Positions 16,084-18,316 of a stretch of DNA of 18,316 nt are shown one piece after another (position 1 is the stretch's first letter; every line of letters begins with the position of its first letter). The stretch is from Myxococcota bacterium (GTDB lineage: Bacteria; Myxococcota_A; UBA796; CAJQPC01): assembly GCA_036229005.1 (NCBI GenBank), contig JAZAMN010000015.1:1-18316 (forward strand), given 5' to 3'. The notes below the pieces were generated by a model. The model was not told the origin of the DNA. It was given only the letters and a program-made list of their open reading frames with translations, and did not search any database. The position numbers and the translations under genes were made by a program.

Positions 16084-16587
16084 CTATTCGGCGGGGGCTG
16101 CCGGTGCAGCATCTGCTGCGCGCTTGGGGCCCTCGTCCTTGAGGCGGGCCAGGCCCACGCGCACCTTCTTGCCGCCCGCGGAGGGGTCACCGACGGTGCC
16201 GGCGTCCTTGACCAGGTCCATCACCTCCACCACCCGGCCGTACTCCAGGTCGGGATGGGCGTCGATGTAGACCACGCGCTTGTCCGCCTCGCGGGCGTCC
16301 AGGCGGCGGCGGAGCTGGTCGAAGAGCTCGGGGCCCTCCATGGGGACCAGGTTCAGCGCGGTCGTGCCGTCGTCGTAGACGGCCACCACGAGCTGCTTGG
16401 GCTTGTCGGGGTCGTCCTTGGGCTTGGGCTTCTCGGTGCGGGGACCGGGCACCTGGGAGGGGAGCTCCTGGACCATCTGGGGCGTGAGCACCATGAAGAT
16501 GATCAGGAGCACCAGGACGACGTCGATGAGGGGGGTGACGTTGATGTCGCCTTGGACATCGCCGCCGCCGCCGAGCTTGGCGCCCAT
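16084..16587 (-). CDS. exbD: Biopolymer transporter ExbD/TolR family protein (copy 2)
   Basis: INVTPLIDVVLVLLIIFM transmembrane motif with conserved Asp; YIDAH…YGRVVEVMD. Confidence 0.9.
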   Translation of the reverse strand: MGAKLGGGGDVQGDINVTPLIDVVLVLLIIFMVLTPQMVQELPSQVPGPRTEKPKPKDDPDKPKQLVVAVYDDGTTALNLVPMEGPELFDQLRRRLDAREADKRVVYIDAHPDLEYGRVVEVMDLVKDAGTVGDPSAGGKKVRVGLARLKDEGPKRAADAAPAAPAE

Positions 16588-17007
16588 TCACTCCCCCTTG
16601 GGGCGGTCGACCGCCAGTTGGATGTTGGGCATGCCGCTCTCACCCAGGATGTCCATGACGGCGCGCACCTGCCCGTAGTGCAGGCTGCTGTCGCCGCGGA
16701 TCAGGACGGCCTGGTAGGCGTTCTCCTGGTAGGCCAGGTTGACCCGCTCGATGACCTCGTCCTCGGTGATCTGGTCCTTGCCCATGAAGATGTCGCCGTT
16801 GGCGTCGATGCTGATCACGATGTTGTCGCCCTTGTCGGTGTGGGGCACCGGGCTGCCGGCCTTGGGCAGGTTCAAGGGGACGTTGTTGGACAGCATGGGC
16901 GTGACGACCATGAAGATGATCAGCAGCACCAGCACGACGTCGATGAGGGGCGTGACGTTGATGTCGCCTACGGCGCCACCTTCGCCTCCGCCGAGCTTCG
17001 CACCCAT
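16588..17007 (-). CDS. exbD: Biopolymer transporter ExbD/TolR family protein (copy 1)
   Basis: INVTPLIDVVLVLLIIFMVVTP…LPKA…IRGD…YGQVRAVMD. Confidence 0.92.
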   Translation of the reverse strand: MGAKLGGGEGGAVGDINVTPLIDVVLVLLIIFMVVTPMLSNNVPLNLPKAGSPVPHTDKGDNIVISIDANGDIFMGKDQITEDEVIERVNLAYQENAYQAVLIRGDSSLHYGQVRAVMDILGESGMPNIQLAVDRPKGE

Positions 17008-17010
17008 GGA

Positions 17011-17721
17011 CTACTTGCCCTTGGTGGCGAGGGCCTGCTCGGTGGGATCGTCGGCGCCGCCGGCCAGCAGCTGCTTCTCGCACCAGTCGCGGAACTCCTG
17101 CACGGACACGCTGATGTCGTTGTCGATGCCCTGGAGCTTGGCGGTGAAGAAGTTGAAGATCCACACGCCCAGGATGGCCACGAAGATGCCGATCGCGGTG
17201 GCGATCAGCGCCTCGGCGATACCGCCGGAGACCGCAGCCAGGCCGCTCTCAGCGCCGGGCTTGGCCATGGCGGAGAAGGCGTTGATGATGCCGAAGATGG
17301 TGCCGACCAGCCCGACGAAGGGGGCGGTGGAGCCCACGGTGGCCAGGATGTTCATGCCGCGGCGCAGGTCCATGGACTGCTGCGTGTTGCTGCGCTCGAT
17401 GGCGCGCATGGCCGCTTCCACGTGGTCGCGGTTGAAGCCGCCGCTCAGCTCGCCCAGGCCGGCCTTGAGGATGGCTCCCAGGTAGCTGGCCTTGTACTGC
17501 TCGTCGCTGCAGACCTTGAGGCTCTGGTCCACGTCCACGTTGGCCAGGGGCTTGGCCAGGGCCTCGGCGAGGTCCCGGGACTGGTTGCGGGCCTTGCCCA
17601 GGGAGACGGCCCGCTCGATGCCCACGTAGAGGCTCATGATGCCCATGATGAAGAGCATCGAGAGGATGAACAGGGTCGCGGGGGTGGAGGCTTCCCAGAT
17701 GTGCTGGAGGTCAAAAGACAT
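17011..17721 (-). CDS. exbB: MotA/TolQ/ExbB proton channel family protein
   Basis: LATVGSTAPFVGLVGTIFGIINAF…VSGGIAEALIATAIG. Confidence 0.92.
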   Translation of the reverse strand: MSFDLQHIWEASTPATLFILSMLFIMGIMSLYVGIERAVSLGKARNQSRDLAEALAKPLANVDVDQSLKVCSDEQYKASYLGAILKAGLGELSGGFNRDHVEAAMRAIERSNTQQSMDLRRGMNILATVGSTAPFVGLVGTIFGIINAFSAMAKPGAESGLAAVSGGIAEALIATAIGIFVAILGVWIFNFFTAKLQGIDNDISVSVQEFRDWCEKQLLAGGADDPTEQALATKGK

Positions 17722-17763
17722 GAGTGCGGGGGATCCTGCGTCAGCGTTTGGGGGAAAGTGGGA

Positions 17764-18316
17764 TCAGCCGGAGAGCTGGAAACGGTAGACGTAGACGAAG
17801 GTCGCGGCCACCTTCTGGCCGTCGCTCTTCATGGGGTAGAAGCTGCTCTTCCAGGCGGCTTCCTTGGCTACGTCGTGAAAGATGGCGGGGCAGCTCTCGA
17901 CCTTGACGTCGTAGACCTTGCCCTTGTCGTCGACGAACAAGCGGACGCTGCAGTCGGCCTCCAGGTTCATCTCCCGGGCCGCGGGCGGGTACTTGGGCTG
18001 GACCTTGCGCTTGGCGGTGATCTGCGTCCAGTGCACGGACTTGACGTTGCCGGTGCCGCCGAGCTGGCCGCCCAACACGCCGCCCTCGACGCCGCCGATC
18101 ACGCCGCCGACCACGCCGCCCTCGACACCGCCCTCGACGCCGCCTTCCATGCCGCCCTTGGGGGCAGCCTCCTCGACGGGCTCGGGGATGTCCTCTTCGA
18201 GCTCTTCAGGCTCGATCTCCTCTTCCTCTTCTTCCTCCTCCTCTTCTTCCTCTTCCTCCTCCTCTTCTTCTTCCTCCTCTTCCTCTTCTTCCTGCGTGGT
18301 CGAAGAGGCGGGGGGC
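17764..18316 (-). CDS. tonB: Energy transducer TonB (partial; N-terminus lies beyond the window)
   Basis: The frame stays open from the window edge: PPASSTTQ-E25-IEPEELEEDIPEPVEEAAPK, GGVxGG repeats, then a TonB_C domain (PKYPPAAR…VDDKGKV…FYP). The track's ATG at 18150 is internal. Confidence 0.87.
   Translation of the reverse strand, partial: PPASSTTQEEEEEEEEEEEEEEEEEEEEEEEEEIEPEELEEDIPEPVEEAAPKGGMEGGVEGGVEGGVVGGVIGGVEGGVLGGQLGGTGNVKSVHWTQITAKRKVQPKYPPAAREMNLEADCSVRLFVDDKGKVYDVKVESCPAIFHDVAKEAAWKSSFYPMKSDGQKVAATFVYVYRFQLSG
18217..18291 (-). repeat. Poly-glutamate tract: 25 consecutive GAA/GAG codons in tonB
   Basis: Counted directly: 75 nt of ctc/ttc triplets on the + strand. Confidence 0.92.

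Overview
GC-rich bacterial window, probably from a Myxococcota-like organism (inferred from the MopE-type DCDD-repeat lipoprotein, the long CtpA-like S41 protease and the GGVxGG-repeat TonB). From left to right it holds: (1) the 3' end of an IS110-family transposase and its short right end, joined directly to two copies of a 22-nt repeat unit; (2) a translationally coupled seven-gene minus-strand operon (RibD-type reductase, MDR oxidoreductase, atypical PTPS/COG0720, UPF0104 flippase-like protein, membrane sulfatase/LtaS-fold protein, GT4, SAM methyltransferase) with a divergent CDP-alcohol phosphatidyltransferase plus Thr-type sulfatase-fold lipoprotein, together suggesting an uncharacterised pathway for a GTP-derived heterocycle-containing lipid or surface modification; (3) between those units, a ~256-bp mirror-symmetric repeat element (3+3 units, 31-nt period) whose unit matches the sequence at the IS110 junction; (4) a PhyH dioxygenase, an S41 protease and a MopE-repeat lipoprotein; (5) a tonB-exbB-exbD-exbD-ispA-tlyA run, with 25 consecutive Glu in TonB. 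The best leads are the IS110/repeat target relationship and the orphan biosynthetic cluster.
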